The notes below the pieces were generated by a model. That model ran no database searches. It was not told the origin of the DNA and was given only the letters and a program-made list of their open reading frames with translations. A DNA stretch of 25,121 nt from a virus (Duplodnaviria; Caudoviricetes): positions 1-25,121 of the IMG/VR virus record IMGVR_UViG_3300027977_000190. The stretch is one strand, 5' to 3'. Of the stretch, positions 1 through 8,588 are shown piece after piece. The translations under genes were made by a program, and so were the position numbers. Numbering within the stretch: position 1 is the stretch's first letter; every line of letters starts with the position of its first letter.

Positions 1-470
1 CTTAACGTATTTATTTTCGTATCAAGATTCGATCCAGTCGAAAAGAGATTCGTGGTAAAAGTTGAGTTCGTTCCAGTAACGTATCCACTTAACGTATTTA
101 TTTTCGTATCAAGATTCGATCCAGTCGTATATAGTTGAGAATCTGTAGAATACGTTGCATCAAGATTTCCGCTAAATCCAGTTAGCATTGAATAAAGATT
201 CGATCCAGTCGAAAAGAGATTCGTCGTAAGCGTTGAGTTCGTTCCAGTAACGTATCCACTTAACGTATTTATTTTCGTATCAAGATTCGATCCAGTCGAA
301 AAGAGATTCGTGGTAAAAGTTGAGTTCGTTCCAGTAACGTATCCACTTAACGTATTTATTTTCGTATCAAGATTCGATCCAGTCGTATATAGTTGAGAAT
401 CTGTAGCATACGTTGCATCAAGATCTCCACTAAAATTAGTTAATAAAGTATAAAGATTACTTCCTGTGCT
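1..470. repeat. In-frame coding tandem repeats: 87-bp and 84-bp units in a 258-bp higher-order repeat
   Basis: cttaacgtatttattttcgtatcaagattcgatccagtcg recurs at 1, 88, 259 and 346. Units encode TGSNLDTKINTLSGYVTGTNSTFTTNLFS (29 aa) and TGSNLYSMLTGFSGNLDATYSTDSQLYT (28 aa). Confidence 0.92.
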
Positions 471-857
471 TTGTAATTGAGCATCTGTAGCATAATTATT
501 ATCTAAATTGCCAGTATATCCAGTAAATAATCCACTTAAAGAAAGTATTGAAGTATTTAAATTGGCGCCAGTTAATTTTAAATTAATTGTTAATGAGTTT
601 ACTGCTGATTGAAAATATCCACTATTACCAGAAATATAAATTGTATTAACACCATTATCAAATACATAAATTCCATCTTGCCCTGTTAAAAATAAATAAT
701 TTCCAGTTAGATTATTTATACGAGTGTTTTCTCCTGCTGGACCTCTAGGCCCTTCTGGTCCAGCAACATAAACATTAGCGTTTAAATATTGTGTAGGAGA
801 ACTTACATCAATAGTTATTGGGTCTGGCAAACTAACATCGACATTAATATCTGCCAT
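1..857 (-). CDS. Repeat-rich coiled-coil fibre protein (tail/head fibre), 3' end outside the window
   Basis: Not in the ORF track because it runs off the edge. Hand translation from ATG at 857 is open to the edge: MADINVDVSLPDPITIDVSSPTQYLNANVYVAGPEGPRGPAGEN..., with a short collagen-like GPEGPRGPAG followed by 28/29-aa TGSNL repeats. Confidence 0.85.
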   Translation of the reverse strand, partial: MADINVDVSLPDPITIDVSSPTQYLNANVYVAGPEGPRGPAGENTRINNLTGNYLFLTGQDGIYVFDNGVNTIYISGNSGYFQSAVNSLTINLKLTGANLNTSILSLSGLFTGYTGNLDNNYATDAQLQSTGSNLYTLLTNFSGDLDATYATDSQLYTTGSNLDTKINTLSGYVTGTNSTFTTNLFSTGSNLDTKINTLSGYVTGTNSTLTTNLFSTGSNLYSMLTGFSGNLDATYSTDSQLYTTGSNLDTKINTLSGYVTGTNSTFTTNLFSTGSNLDTKINTL

Positions 858-861
858 AAAC

Positions 862-1206
862 TTATCTCGTTACTTCTGGTAGAATAGAAAACTTTCCTCG
901 CATTAATTTAATACTATTTCCTGTTAATATACCAGATGGATATCTTTCTATGTCATAAATATGATCAGATACTGGAATATCTGCAGAAATATATGAATCA
1001 ATATTAATAGATACAGAACCCGACAAAGCACTGGTTATCGTAGGATTTAAATCTAATAAAACTCCTGTAGAGCCGTAGCTAGCCCGAACCTGACCACGCA
1101 CACCATAACCACTTAAATTAATTGCTGACCCATTACTATCTTTTAAATTTAATCTTAATTGTATATAGTCGCCTTGATAACCCGTGATATTATAAAATGT
1201 TGCCAT
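862..1206 (-). CDS. Virion beta-sandwich protein (BppU-N/LtfC-like fibre attachment domain)
   Basis: The pattern QGD..L.L.LKD.NG.AINLSGY...GQVR...YDIE...LMRGKF.I.PEVTR is typical of this phage fold, and the gene precedes the fibre gene. Start moved to ATG at 1206 (MATFY), 8 nt after GTGTAA. Confidence 0.65.
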   Translation of the reverse strand: MATFYNITGYQGDYIQLRLNLKDSNGSAINLSGYGVRGQVRASYGSTGVLLDLNPTITSALSGSVSINIDSYISADIPVSDHIYDIERYPSGILTGNSIKLMRGKFSILPEVTR

Positions 1207-1214
1207 GTAAAATA

Positions 1215-1220
1215 TTACAC
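1215..1220 (-). promoter_or_regulatory. GTGTAA promoter-like motif
   Basis: ttacac on +; 8 nt upstream of ATG 1206; same motif upstream of many genes in the window. Confidence 0.6.
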
Positions 1221-1246
1221 AGAACAATTATTTTATTGATATTAAA

Positions 1247-1582
1247 TTAACGACCTTCTGAAAGAATATCTTTTGCAGACTTAGAAATACTTTTGTTAGT
1301 AGCTACTGGCCTAGTTTTATATTGAGATGAGAATTTATTAAATTCTATTTTTAATCTTTTAACTAAGGTAACTCTATCATCTACTGGAACAAGACCTATT
1401 TTTACTGCATGAGTTTGTAGATCGCTTTTATTTAAATTATTTAAATATACTGTATATTCATCTACATTTAATGTGCCATACCTTGATGAACCGTCATCAC
1501 CCCATACTTGATTTAATGTTAGTGGTTTTTCAACTTTACCATGAGTCTGTTTTAAACTATCGAGTTTTGATTTTTTAGCCAT
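1247..1582 (-). CDS. Hypothetical basic protein downstream of the major capsid gene
   Basis: 111-aa ORF with a good SD (CAGGAGAACAAT-ATG). The LNKSDLQTHAVKIGL segment resembles a small helical (Rho-N/HeH-like) motif, uncertain. Confidence 0.75.
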   Translation of the reverse strand: MAKKSKLDSLKQTHGKVEKPLTLNQVWGDDGSSRYGTLNVDEYTVYLNNLNKSDLQTHAVKIGLVPVDDRVTLVKRLKIEFNKFSSQYKTRPVATNKSISKSAKDILSEGR

Positions 1583-1628
1583 ATTGTTCTCCTGTTTTAT
1601 ATTATATACAAAAAATAGGATTTAGTCT

Positions 1629-1669
1629 AAAAAAAGAAGGCCCCTCAAACTTAATTGAAGGGCCTCCTT
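1629..1669 (-). terminator. Rho-independent terminator after the major capsid gene
   Basis: Minus strand AAGGAGGCCCTTCAA-TTAAGT-TTGAGGGGCCTTC followed by a T7 tract, 20 nt after the MCP stop. Confidence 0.88.
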
Positions 1670-1689
1670 AATTTTTAATTTACTAATCT

Positions 1690-2730
1690 TTAGTAAATGT
1701 TTACTGCGGCAATTGCACGAGCATCGATACAAGCGCGACCTTCTTCTAGGAATCCGTAGAAGCCGATCTTGTCTGCACGAGCCAAGAATTGATCGTCTGG
1801 TAGGGCTGTGAATGTGCCACCTGACTCAGCTTGACGAGCTACTGGACGAACAAAAGCGTCTTTTGTTAAATCCAATCCAATGATAAGTTCATTGTTTGTA
1901 GCGTTCCAGTTTGAGCTATAAAACTCAGTGAACAAGCTTTGATATTTTTGAGTCTTGCCAAGTTCGACTAGATCATGTATTGTGACACCGTAAATTTCTT
2001 GGGTACCACCACCACGATAAATCTCTTCGCGAGCACCAGCTGGAAGATCTGTACTTGCGTTAGTTACAGGATTATAAGCAAAAGAACGAATATCTTGCTT
2101 AACTTCTGGACTAACGAATAGATCTGTTAGGCTGTAAGAGTCAGTTGTAGAACCACCAGCATAAGAAGTATTCTTTCTCTTGATAGCTGTGATTAGTTTA
2201 TTCAAATGACCAAGTGTGAAGGCAACTGTAGTCTCATTGACATCAATTACATTTCCACTTTCACCTAAAGCTTTTAGAAGAACTGCCCAAGCATTACGTT
2301 CTTGTTTTACAAGAACTTCATTGCTCATGCGCTCTACTGCTTTGCTAACTACATCTAAACGACCACGACGAGCGTAGCGTTTTAGGAAGCTAACTGCGCT
2401 ATCTAGACGATAGGTAGCTAGTTTCATTTCACTTAAACCTTCAACTGTTGAAGTTGGAAGTCCACCTGCTACACTTTGACTCCAAGTTGTAACATATCCT
2501 TGACCTTCGTTATAAAGATCAAGTGGAATAGAGGGACTATCATCTTCATCAAAGGGAAGATCGCTATAAATAGCGGCTGCTGTTGAGGCTTGCATTAGTA
2601 CTTTATTTACTACTGGGCCAATAAAAGCTGCAAAAGCTTCGGTTGCTTCTTTAGCAACTGAACCTTCACGACTTCCCATAGCTTTTACAAGCTCGATTTG
2701 TTCTGGGGTATTTTTTAATTTTAATTTCAT
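1690..2730 (-). CDS. Major capsid protein (HK97 fold, probable)
   Basis: 346 aa with a strong SD (AAGGAG), located after protease-scaffold and decoration genes and followed by a terminator. Has a backbone-helix-like segment (RGRLDVVSKAVERMSNEVLVKQE) and a capsid-like C-terminus (GFYGFLEEGRACIDARAIAAV). Confidence 0.8.
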   Translation of the reverse strand: MKLKLKNTPEQIELVKAMGSREGSVAKEATEAFAAFIGPVVNKVLMQASTAAAIYSDLPFDEDDSPSIPLDLYNEGQGYVTTWSQSVAGGLPTSTVEGLSEMKLATYRLDSAVSFLKRYARRGRLDVVSKAVERMSNEVLVKQERNAWAVLLKALGESGNVIDVNETTVAFTLGHLNKLITAIKRKNTSYAGGSTTDSYSLTDLFVSPEVKQDIRSFAYNPVTNASTDLPAGAREEIYRGGGTQEIYGVTIHDLVELGKTQKYQSLFTEFYSSNWNATNNELIIGLDLTKDAFVRPVARQAESGGTFTALPDDQFLARADKIGFYGFLEEGRACIDARAIAAVNIY

Positions 2731-2752
2731 TTTAAATATTCTCCTTTAAGAA

Positions 2753-3310
2753 TTAGAGCTCAATTTTGAGAAGAGCAACGTTTTGTACGGATGTACTTAG
2801 CCATTTTCCAATTTTAACTGCTCCACCTGCTGGTAGAGTTGCTGCGGAAGCTAATTCTCCAGCGGTTGCGCCTACGTAAGCTACGTGACCTGCGGTAGCA
2901 GTTGTTCCGCTGTACATAACAAGTCCTTTTGTTAGAACTGGAACAGCTTGTCCACTTACTACGACACCCATTTCAGCTGCCTTACGTGGATTGAAAAGTA
3001 GTTTTTCACCATTTTCATCTGTTTCACGAACATCCATGAGTGTTAAACCAAGAGCAGAATCACCAGATCCGGCGATAGCTACTTTAGCAGAAACACCATA
3101 TCTTTGTGAAACGATATTGGTTCCGAAATCTCCGCCAACATTACCTGCAAACTCTGTTGGGGAAACATTTGTGATTCCAGGATTAAATCCTGGGGCCATT
3201 ACTTTAACGACAAGACCTTTTACAACTAGTGAACTGTCTCCGCTAAAGGAAAAGAGGTTAACAACATCGTGTTCGCTGTAATCTCTAAATGGTTTTAAAT
3301 TATGTGCCAT
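2753..3310 (-). CDS. Capsid decoration/cement protein (probable)
   Basis: Gly/Ala/Val-rich 185-aa protein between scaffold and MCP, with GQAVPVLTKG and IGKWLS motifs typical of beta-tulip cement proteins. SD AAGGAG. Confidence 0.65.
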   Translation of the reverse strand: MAHNLKPFRDYSEHDVVNLFSFSGDSSLVVKGLVVKVMAPGFNPGITNVSPTEFAGNVGGDFGTNIVSQRYGVSAKVAIAGSGDSALGLTLMDVRETDENGEKLLFNPRKAAEMGVVVSGQAVPVLTKGLVMYSGTTATAGHVAYVGATAGELASAATLPAGGAVKIGKWLSTSVQNVALLKIEL

Positions 3311-3325
3311 ATTTTTTTCTCCTTG

Positions 3326-4009
3326 TTATTTATTAATTAATTCAAATCCGTCTAAACCAAAAGCCGAAGCGTATTTTTCTTTTACACTTGGTTGATTGGC
3401 AGAGGCAGAATTTGGAATTTCGACTGAAGCTTTTGACCCATTATCAACAGCTTGTTCAACAACCTCCTGGGTTGTAGAAATTTCTGATACAACTTCTTCA
3501 GAAGCTTTTACTTCTTTGGGAGTCGTTGAAGCTTTAACGGTTTTATCGTTTTTGTCTTCTTTATCCATTTTCGCTTTTTTAGCAGCTTTATTTTTCTCTT
3601 TCATAAGAACTGCCATTTTATTTTTATAAGCGGAAAAGGCTTCATCATTTAAATCTTTAATGTCTGCGGCTAGAACTTGACGATCTTCGTCAGATAGATC
3701 AAATTCTTCGTCAAAAGAAGCCATTCTAATATCAAACGCTTCTTGTTTGGCTTTAGCCTCTTGTTCAGCTTGAATGATAGATAGTTTTTGATTAACTTCT
3801 TCTATTTGCTTTTTAACTATTTCATGTTCTGCAGTTACTGTAGCAATTTTTTCATTTGCGGCCTTAAGCTCGTTTTCCTTTTCGTTCTTTTCTGCAACGA
3901 AAGTTTCGTTAGCTTTTTTGATTTCCTCTACAATAAATTCAACTACAGAACTAGCTGTAGCTTCTTTAAGAAGGGAATCGGTAATATCTTCAATTTTAGT
4001 TATTTTCAT
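3326..4009 (-). CDS. Nested in-frame scaffold protein (internal start, 227 aa)
   Basis: In-frame ATG at 4009 (M299, MKITKIEDIT) is preceded by GAGAGGA-TATAT, an SD at good spacing, exactly where the coiled-coil region begins. Confidence 0.6.
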   Translation of the reverse strand: MKITKIEDITDSLLKEATASSVVEFIVEEIKKANETFVAEKNEKENELKAANEKIATVTAEHEIVKKQIEEVNQKLSIIQAEQEAKAKQEAFDIRMASFDEEFDLSDEDRQVLAADIKDLNDEAFSAYKNKMAVLMKEKNKAAKKAKMDKEDKNDKTVKASTTPKEVKASEEVVSEISTTQEVVEQAVDNGSKASVEIPNSASANQPSVKEKYASAFGLDGFELINK

Positions 4010-4903
4010 ATATATCCTCTCTTCTCTTACATTTAAATGTTCCTCTTGGGAAATAATATTTTCTAAAGGCATAGTCGGCTCAATAATACTTTGGGCTTGA
4101 TTTTCTATTATCTCCTGTGAACTTTCATTATCTTTTAATTTAATTTCAATAGGCTGTTGCTCTGGGGTTGCAATACCTTGAACATCTGCTGCGGGATTTA
4201 ATGTAAATCCTACTCCTAATGGAACAACTTTTCCTAAAACTTGGCGATATATGTATTTATTATTCTTTAATTTTCCTGAACCACCTAATCCTTTAAGATT
4301 ATTTTCTAATTTTTGTATCTCATTAGCGTCTGTTATAATTTGAGCATTTTCAATATTTTTTTCATTTTCATCTAATACTATAAGATTAAAATCATTAAAT
4401 CCAAGCTCCCAAGAAGCAGATATAGACATATAATTTTGACTCGTTGGGTCATTACTCTCTTCTATTTGCTCTGCAAGATCACGATCAACTACCTTCCATA
4501 TAACTCCTCCAAGAGTAATATTAAATGGAGTTTTCATATCTTTGGCTTCTGCTTCAGTTAGCATATCATTACTTCCAAATTTGCTAAAACTAGCAGATAA
4601 TATACATCCAATAACCTGTTTACGATTATGTTCAATATTAATTGGTTTATTAACAAAATTTTTAGCAATCTTAGCTGCGGTTTCACCATCAATAACATCG
4701 CCATTTTTATTAACTCTATTAACTACGCAAGCATCAAAAGCGACAGGAAGAAGATCAATATTATCTTCTGTATTAATCTCAGGTAAGAATTTTTTTAATT
4801 TTTCTAATGAAGCTACTGAAAGATATTTATCTTTTTCTTCACTAACAACTGGTCTAATTTTAATATTAGAAAATGTAGTTAAAAATTTTGTTTGTTTTTT
4901 CAT
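3326..4903 (-). CDS. Prohead protease fused to a C-terminal scaffold
   Basis: The N-terminal half has NKNGD, PINIEH (candidate catalytic His) and SASWEL (candidate catalytic Ser), as in HK97/herpes-type maturation proteases. The C-terminal half is E/K/A-rich coiled coil. Confidence 0.8.
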   Translation of the reverse strand: MKKQTKFLTTFSNIKIRPVVSEEKDKYLSVASLEKLKKFLPEINTEDNIDLLPVAFDACVVNRVNKNGDVIDGETAAKIAKNFVNKPINIEHNRKQVIGCILSASFSKFGSNDMLTEAEAKDMKTPFNITLGGVIWKVVDRDLAEQIEESNDPTSQNYMSISASWELGFNDFNLIVLDENEKNIENAQIITDANEIQKLENNLKGLGGSGKLKNNKYIYRQVLGKVVPLGVGFTLNPAADVQGIATPEQQPIEIKLKDNESSQEIIENQAQSIIEPTMPLENIISQEEHLNVREERIYMKITKIEDITDSLLKEATASSVVEFIVEEIKKANETFVAEKNEKENELKAANEKIATVTAEHEIVKKQIEEVNQKLSIIQAEQEAKAKQEAFDIRMASFDEEFDLSDEDRQVLAADIKDLNDEAFSAYKNKMAVLMKEKNKAAKKAKMDKEDKNDKTVKASTTPKEVKASEEVVSEISTTQEVVEQAVDNGSKASVEIPNSASANQPSVKEKYASAFGLDGFELINK

Positions 4904-4905
4904 AA

Positions 4906-5496
4906 TTATATTTTATCTATGTCGAATCCATAGATTACACCATCTTCCTCATCATCTAGATATAATTCATTAATATCATTAAATTCAAAATCATTTAAAT
5001 CATAATTTTTTAAATCTTCTTGTGCTTGGGTAAAATCTTCATCATCTGGTTCAAAATTAGCTTCTACTTCATAATCAGAAACTGAAGCTCTTGCAATATC
5101 ACTATCAGCTTTTCTATAAGAATCTTTTACTTTGCCACCACCTGCCATTTTTAAAAACATATTTACGCGCGCCATGGCCCAACCACCACGAGTCATTCCT
5201 GGTCTGTGAGAGGAAGAAAATGCTCCTGCGCCACGACGATATACTTTTTTTAATTGGCCAAGAGTGACTTTCTTTTTATTTTTGCTATTATGTTCTTTTA
5301 CTTTATTTTTAAGTGCTTCTACTACTTTTTTAGAAAATTCAATTGCTTTATCGCTTTTTGTTCCTGCGCTTCCAGGTTTATTTTTAGTTGAACCTTTTTT
5401 TCTTTCGTTTGGTTTTGATGGAGTTTGAGCTGCAGATTTTGGACCTTTTCTTTTGGCGTTTGATTCAAAGCCATATTGTTCAGAATTATAATTCAT
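4906..5496 (-). CDS. Basic/acidic head-region protein with a DUF5824-like motif
   Basis: LKKVYRRGAGAFSSSHRPGMTRGGWAMARVNMF resembles the VY.RG..A....HRPG.....W..ARV motif I recall from large DNA viruses. Lys-rich N-terminus and Asp/Glu-rich C-terminus. Confidence 0.6.
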   Translation of the reverse strand: MNYNSEQYGFESNAKRKGPKSAAQTPSKPNERKKGSTKNKPGSAGTKSDKAIEFSKKVVEALKNKVKEHNSKNKKKVTLGQLKKVYRRGAGAFSSSHRPGMTRGGWAMARVNMFLKMAGGGKVKDSYRKADSDIARASVSDYEVEANFEPDDEDFTQAQEDLKNYDLNDFEFNDINELYLDDEEDGVIYGFDIDKI

Positions 5497-5526
5497 ATTT
5501 ATGCTTAATAATATCTTATCAAATAA

Positions 5527-5532
5527 TTACAC
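5527..5532 (-). promoter_or_regulatory. GTGTAA promoter-like motif
   Basis: ttacac on +; intergenic, 30 nt upstream of ATG 5496. Confidence 0.5.
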
Positions 5533-5550
5533 ATAAATATAATTTAAATT

Positions 5551-5630
5551 AAATAAAAATAACATAATGGATCGAACATTATGTTTACCTAGCTCCTACC
5601 CCCGAGGGTTCGAGACGATGGTCTCACAAG
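5551..5630 (-). other. Three-hairpin structured intergenic element ending in a T-loop hairpin and U-rich tail (terminator and/or small RNA)
   Basis: Minus strand: GAGAC-CATC-GTCTC, ACCC-TCGG-GGGT and AACATAATG-TTCGATC-CATTATGTT, then ATTTTTATTT. Confidence 0.5.
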
Positions 5631-5636
5631 ATTTTA

Positions 5637-6923
5637 TTAGTATCTATTGCTAAAATTTTTATATATTTCAAATATTTCTGATTGAGAAAGAATTGATTTA
5701 TATATATGTATTACACCAATATCTATATTATTCAAATATCTTTTAATATGGGATCTACTACGATAAATTGGTTTTGCGCCTGTATTTGGAAGACCTCTCG
5801 CCCTGCCAGGCTGTATATTTGATTTGCCTAAATAAATAGTCTTCCAACCAATACCGCCACCTAGATCTCCTGTTTTATATTGAATATTATGTTGATTTGC
5901 AACTGGAGTATAAGTAATCCCGTTCATTTTTTTAAAATTTGGTCCAGTAGGAGAATTTGCATTTCTGCTCCATTTCCATCTTGACCCTACTTCATTAGGT
6001 CTACTTGATTTATTTCCTCTAATCAATGGATTAAATTGTAAGTATGCTGTGTTTTGCTGCTCTCCATTAATATAAACTTTAACTGTTGCTGGAGCTTGAT
6101 CAAAATTAGAAGGATTTGGAGAACCACCTTGTATTGTTATAGATAGATGATAAGTTTTACCAAATTCATATTTAAAATCTGTCATAAAAGTATGATTTCT
6201 AACATTATCTTGTATGCTAAAAACAAAAGAAAATGGTTCAAATTTATATTTATATTTTTTAGATCCGCTTGCATATGGGCTTGTTCTATAAATATAGTAC
6301 GGCGATCTATATCCAACAGAAATTTGTCCTGTATTTAAAAAAATACCTTTTTTTTCTCTAATTACTTTGAAACTATTAGATGATTTATGTTTTACTGGAC
6401 TATTTAATCTAATAAAAAAAGAAAAAGTTTTAGAAGTATTTTCTTGTAAAAAATTAAATGTATTAGAATTAGCTGGATCATTTAATTGTAAAAGGGCATG
6501 GGTTCTTTCTTTGACCATGGAATTTCTATTAATCTGGCGATGTTGAAATCTATTTATGGGGATATCGGAGTCATCATTATATTTTTCATAAGAAAAAAAT
6601 GAACCACTAATTCCGCCTTTTCTTTGTAAATTATTTGGGTCATCTGTTTTATTTAAAATTTTCCCATGAGAAAAAACATATGGACTTGCTGGAAGTATAG
6701 ATTCGTATTGATTAAATATTTTTTTTAAAAAAGCATTATAATTACTTTCATTATATATATCTAAAGTATTGTAGCCTTTATAATATAATGGATCAAATAA
6801 ATAAATTAAATTATTTGATTGTGGAGACATTGTAATTGAATTTGGTGAAATATTAATTTCAGATCCTTGGCCAAAAATAGAAATATTACCATTTCCATTT
6901 AAATTTAATTCTATGTTACTCAT
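5637..6923 (-). CDS. LamG/concanavalin-A-like domain protein (probably virion-associated)
   Basis: TFSFFIR, TYHLSITI, VKVYINGE, IYLGK and IGVIHIYKSILSQSEI follow the LamG jelly-roll pattern, with long basic insertions. Confidence 0.65.
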   Translation of the reverse strand: MSNIELNLNGNGNISIFGQGSEINISPNSITMSPQSNNLIYLFDPLYYKGYNTLDIYNESNYNAFLKKIFNQYESILPASPYVFSHGKILNKTDDPNNLQRKGGISGSFFSYEKYNDDSDIPINRFQHRQINRNSMVKERTHALLQLNDPANSNTFNFLQENTSKTFSFFIRLNSPVKHKSSNSFKVIREKKGIFLNTGQISVGYRSPYYIYRTSPYASGSKKYKYKFEPFSFVFSIQDNVRNHTFMTDFKYEFGKTYHLSITIQGGSPNPSNFDQAPATVKVYINGEQQNTAYLQFNPLIRGNKSSRPNEVGSRWKWSRNANSPTGPNFKKMNGITYTPVANQHNIQYKTGDLGGGIGWKTIYLGKSNIQPGRARGLPNTGAKPIYRSRSHIKRYLNNIDIGVIHIYKSILSQSEIFEIYKNFSNRY

Positions 6924-6941
6924 TATTGTATTATAGTAAAA

Positions 6942-6947
6942 TTACAC
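6942..6947 (-). promoter_or_regulatory. GTGTAA promoter-like motif
   Basis: ttacac on +; intergenic, 18 nt upstream of ATG 6923. Confidence 0.55.
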
Positions 6948-6967
6948 TAATTTAACTTTTAAATTTT

Positions 6968-7591
6968 CTAAGACAAAGATTCTTCTATTATCTTAGCTTC
7001 TGCATCACGGCGACGGCTCATGCCTTTTTCTATACTTCCACCAATCCATATTCTTTTCATGTTTCTTATTTGATTAGCTATAAAGGTTAATGCTTTTTGA
7101 TCAAAAGTAGATACTAATTTCATGCCATCTCTTATTAATTTCATTTCGCGGCGGCGATCACCTTCTAAGGCTGCTCCTCGATTAAATACAAGACTAACTA
7201 ATCCGCCTTTTGCATCTTCTGGAAGATTATCAAAATTAGGAAAAGTTTGGCGCGTTAAATTATAGAATTTAGTTACTGTTTTATTGTTAAATACTTTTAG
7301 TGCAAGATCCCATGGAATAGAGATATCTTTTAATCCTCTAATAAGATTCTTAGCGTTGTATCCTTTAATACCAACTACTTTATATAATCTATCAAAAGTT
7401 TCTTTAGGGAGATCTTTCCAATCTTCGCTAAATTCTGCTTTATTTACATAGCCCAAATCATAACCAACACCAATTGTGACTCCACTTTGCTCTCCTGGCC
7501 AGGCTGGATTTTTTAAAAATTTATTATAATAGTTTTCGCCACCGCCAACTTCAAATTCAAGAATAAGATCTAAGGATTTTTTATTTAACAT
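6968..7591 (-). CDS. Endolysin, pesticin/T4-lysozyme-like muramidase
   Basis: ILEFEVGG (catalytic Glu), WPGEQSGVTIGVGYDLG, LVSLVFNRG and RRRDAEA motifs. ATG start at 7591 preferred. Confidence 0.85.
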   Translation of the reverse strand: MLNKKSLDLILEFEVGGGENYYNKFLKNPAWPGEQSGVTIGVGYDLGYVNKAEFSEDWKDLPKETFDRLYKVVGIKGYNAKNLIRGLKDISIPWDLALKVFNNKTVTKFYNLTRQTFPNFDNLPEDAKGGLVSLVFNRGAALEGDRRREMKLIRDGMKLVSTFDQKALTFIANQIRNMKRIWIGGSIEKGMSRRRDAEAKIIEESLS

Positions 7592-7593
7592 AA

Positions 7594-8166
7594 TCAATCA
7601 TATCTATACATTTCTGCGCCCCATAAAGCAAAACGTACTCCTGCGGTAATATCTGCACAAAAGAATGCGGTTATATAACTATTCATGCTCTCACCAGTAG
7701 TAAAAGTTATAGTAAACTTTTGCCATATAGAAGTTAAATTTCCAAGGGCTTCTATAGCTACTCTGTCAACACCTCCGTCTTTTGTTACGTTTACTATTTG
7801 ACCATCAGTAGCCTCTCCGAGAGTTGATTTTGCCCAAATAGAAAATTCATATCTGGTATTTGGTGACCAATATCGTAAAAATCTTTGAGATACAAAAGAA
7901 CTGCTTGTATCCAAAGATTCATATTCTACTGCTGTATTAGAACCATCTGGAGCTATAGTTTTTCCAATTCTAGAAGTATTGTCTCCTTTATACCATCCAG
8001 AATTACTAAGTCCTGCAGTTGGGCATGTAGTTGTATCTACTTCGAAAGGACATGTAAATAAATTAGTCCGTTTATTTATTTTTATTCTTCCACCACCAAG
8101 ATTTTGTTTTTTAATTGAAATTTTATTAGTGTTAACTAAGCTAGAATTACCTTGTAATTTACCCAT
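7594..8166 (-). CDS. Galactose-binding/CBM4_9-like domain protein (head-spike type)
   Basis: APDGSNTA, PNTRYEFSIWAKS, LTSIWQKFTITFTT and LWGAEM pattern of phage carbohydrate-binding jelly-roll domains. Confidence 0.65.
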   Translation of the reverse strand: MGKLQGNSSLVNTNKISIKKQNLGGGRIKINKRTNLFTCPFEVDTTTCPTAGLSNSGWYKGDNTSRIGKTIAPDGSNTAVEYESLDTSSSFVSQRFLRYWSPNTRYEFSIWAKSTLGEATDGQIVNVTKDGGVDRVAIEALGNLTSIWQKFTITFTTGESMNSYITAFFCADITAGVRFALWGAEMYRYD

Positions 8167-8171
8167 TTTAT

Positions 8172-8588
8172 TTAATTATTTATTTTATCTATTGTTTTAT
8201 CTAGTATGTTGTCTGCTGGTACTTTTTCTTTTAGCCAAGAGTTCATAACACCAAAATAAACAAGATGCTCACTATTAATTAAAAATAATTCATTACCAAA
8301 ATTATCCTTATAAGGTTTAATTCCAGAATCTTCAACTAGATCAATTGCTTTTTCTTTTTTGAATTTGATTCTATACATTTTAATAAGGTTGTTATATCGT
8401 TCACGCGCTTGAAGAGTAATAAGTGCATCATCACCAACAAAAGAAATAAGTCCGCCATTATCTTTATCATATTGCTTTGGAGTAGTTGCATCATAAGATG
8501 ATTTGTCATCTTGTATTTTGTTTGGTGTTACAGTAGCACATCCAACAAGAAAAAAATTAAGAACTAATATGCTTGCGAGCTTGTTCAA
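8172..8588 (-). CDS. Lipoprotein, candidate o-spanin
   Basis: Signal peptide with lipobox LVG-C17; TTG start overlaps the 3' end of the upstream gene; located in the lysis cassette. Confidence 0.65.
   Translation of the reverse strand: MNKLASILVLNFFLVGCATVTPNKIQDDKSSYDATTPKQYDKDNGGLISFVGDDALITLQARERYNNLIKMYRIKFKKEKAIDLVEDSGIKPYKDNFGNELFLINSEHLVYFGVMNSWLKEKVPADNILDKTIDKINN

Noticed and set aside
1-430. CRISPR-like array (about 40-bp repeat with intervening segments)
   Set aside because: Intervening segments are themselves duplicated, periods are multiples of 3 (87/84/258), and the region is an open reading frame on the minus strand. No cas genes are present.
5555-5635. tRNA gene
   Set aside because: A T-loop is present, but no acceptor stem, anticodon arm or cloverleaf could be built. 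Kept only as a structured element.
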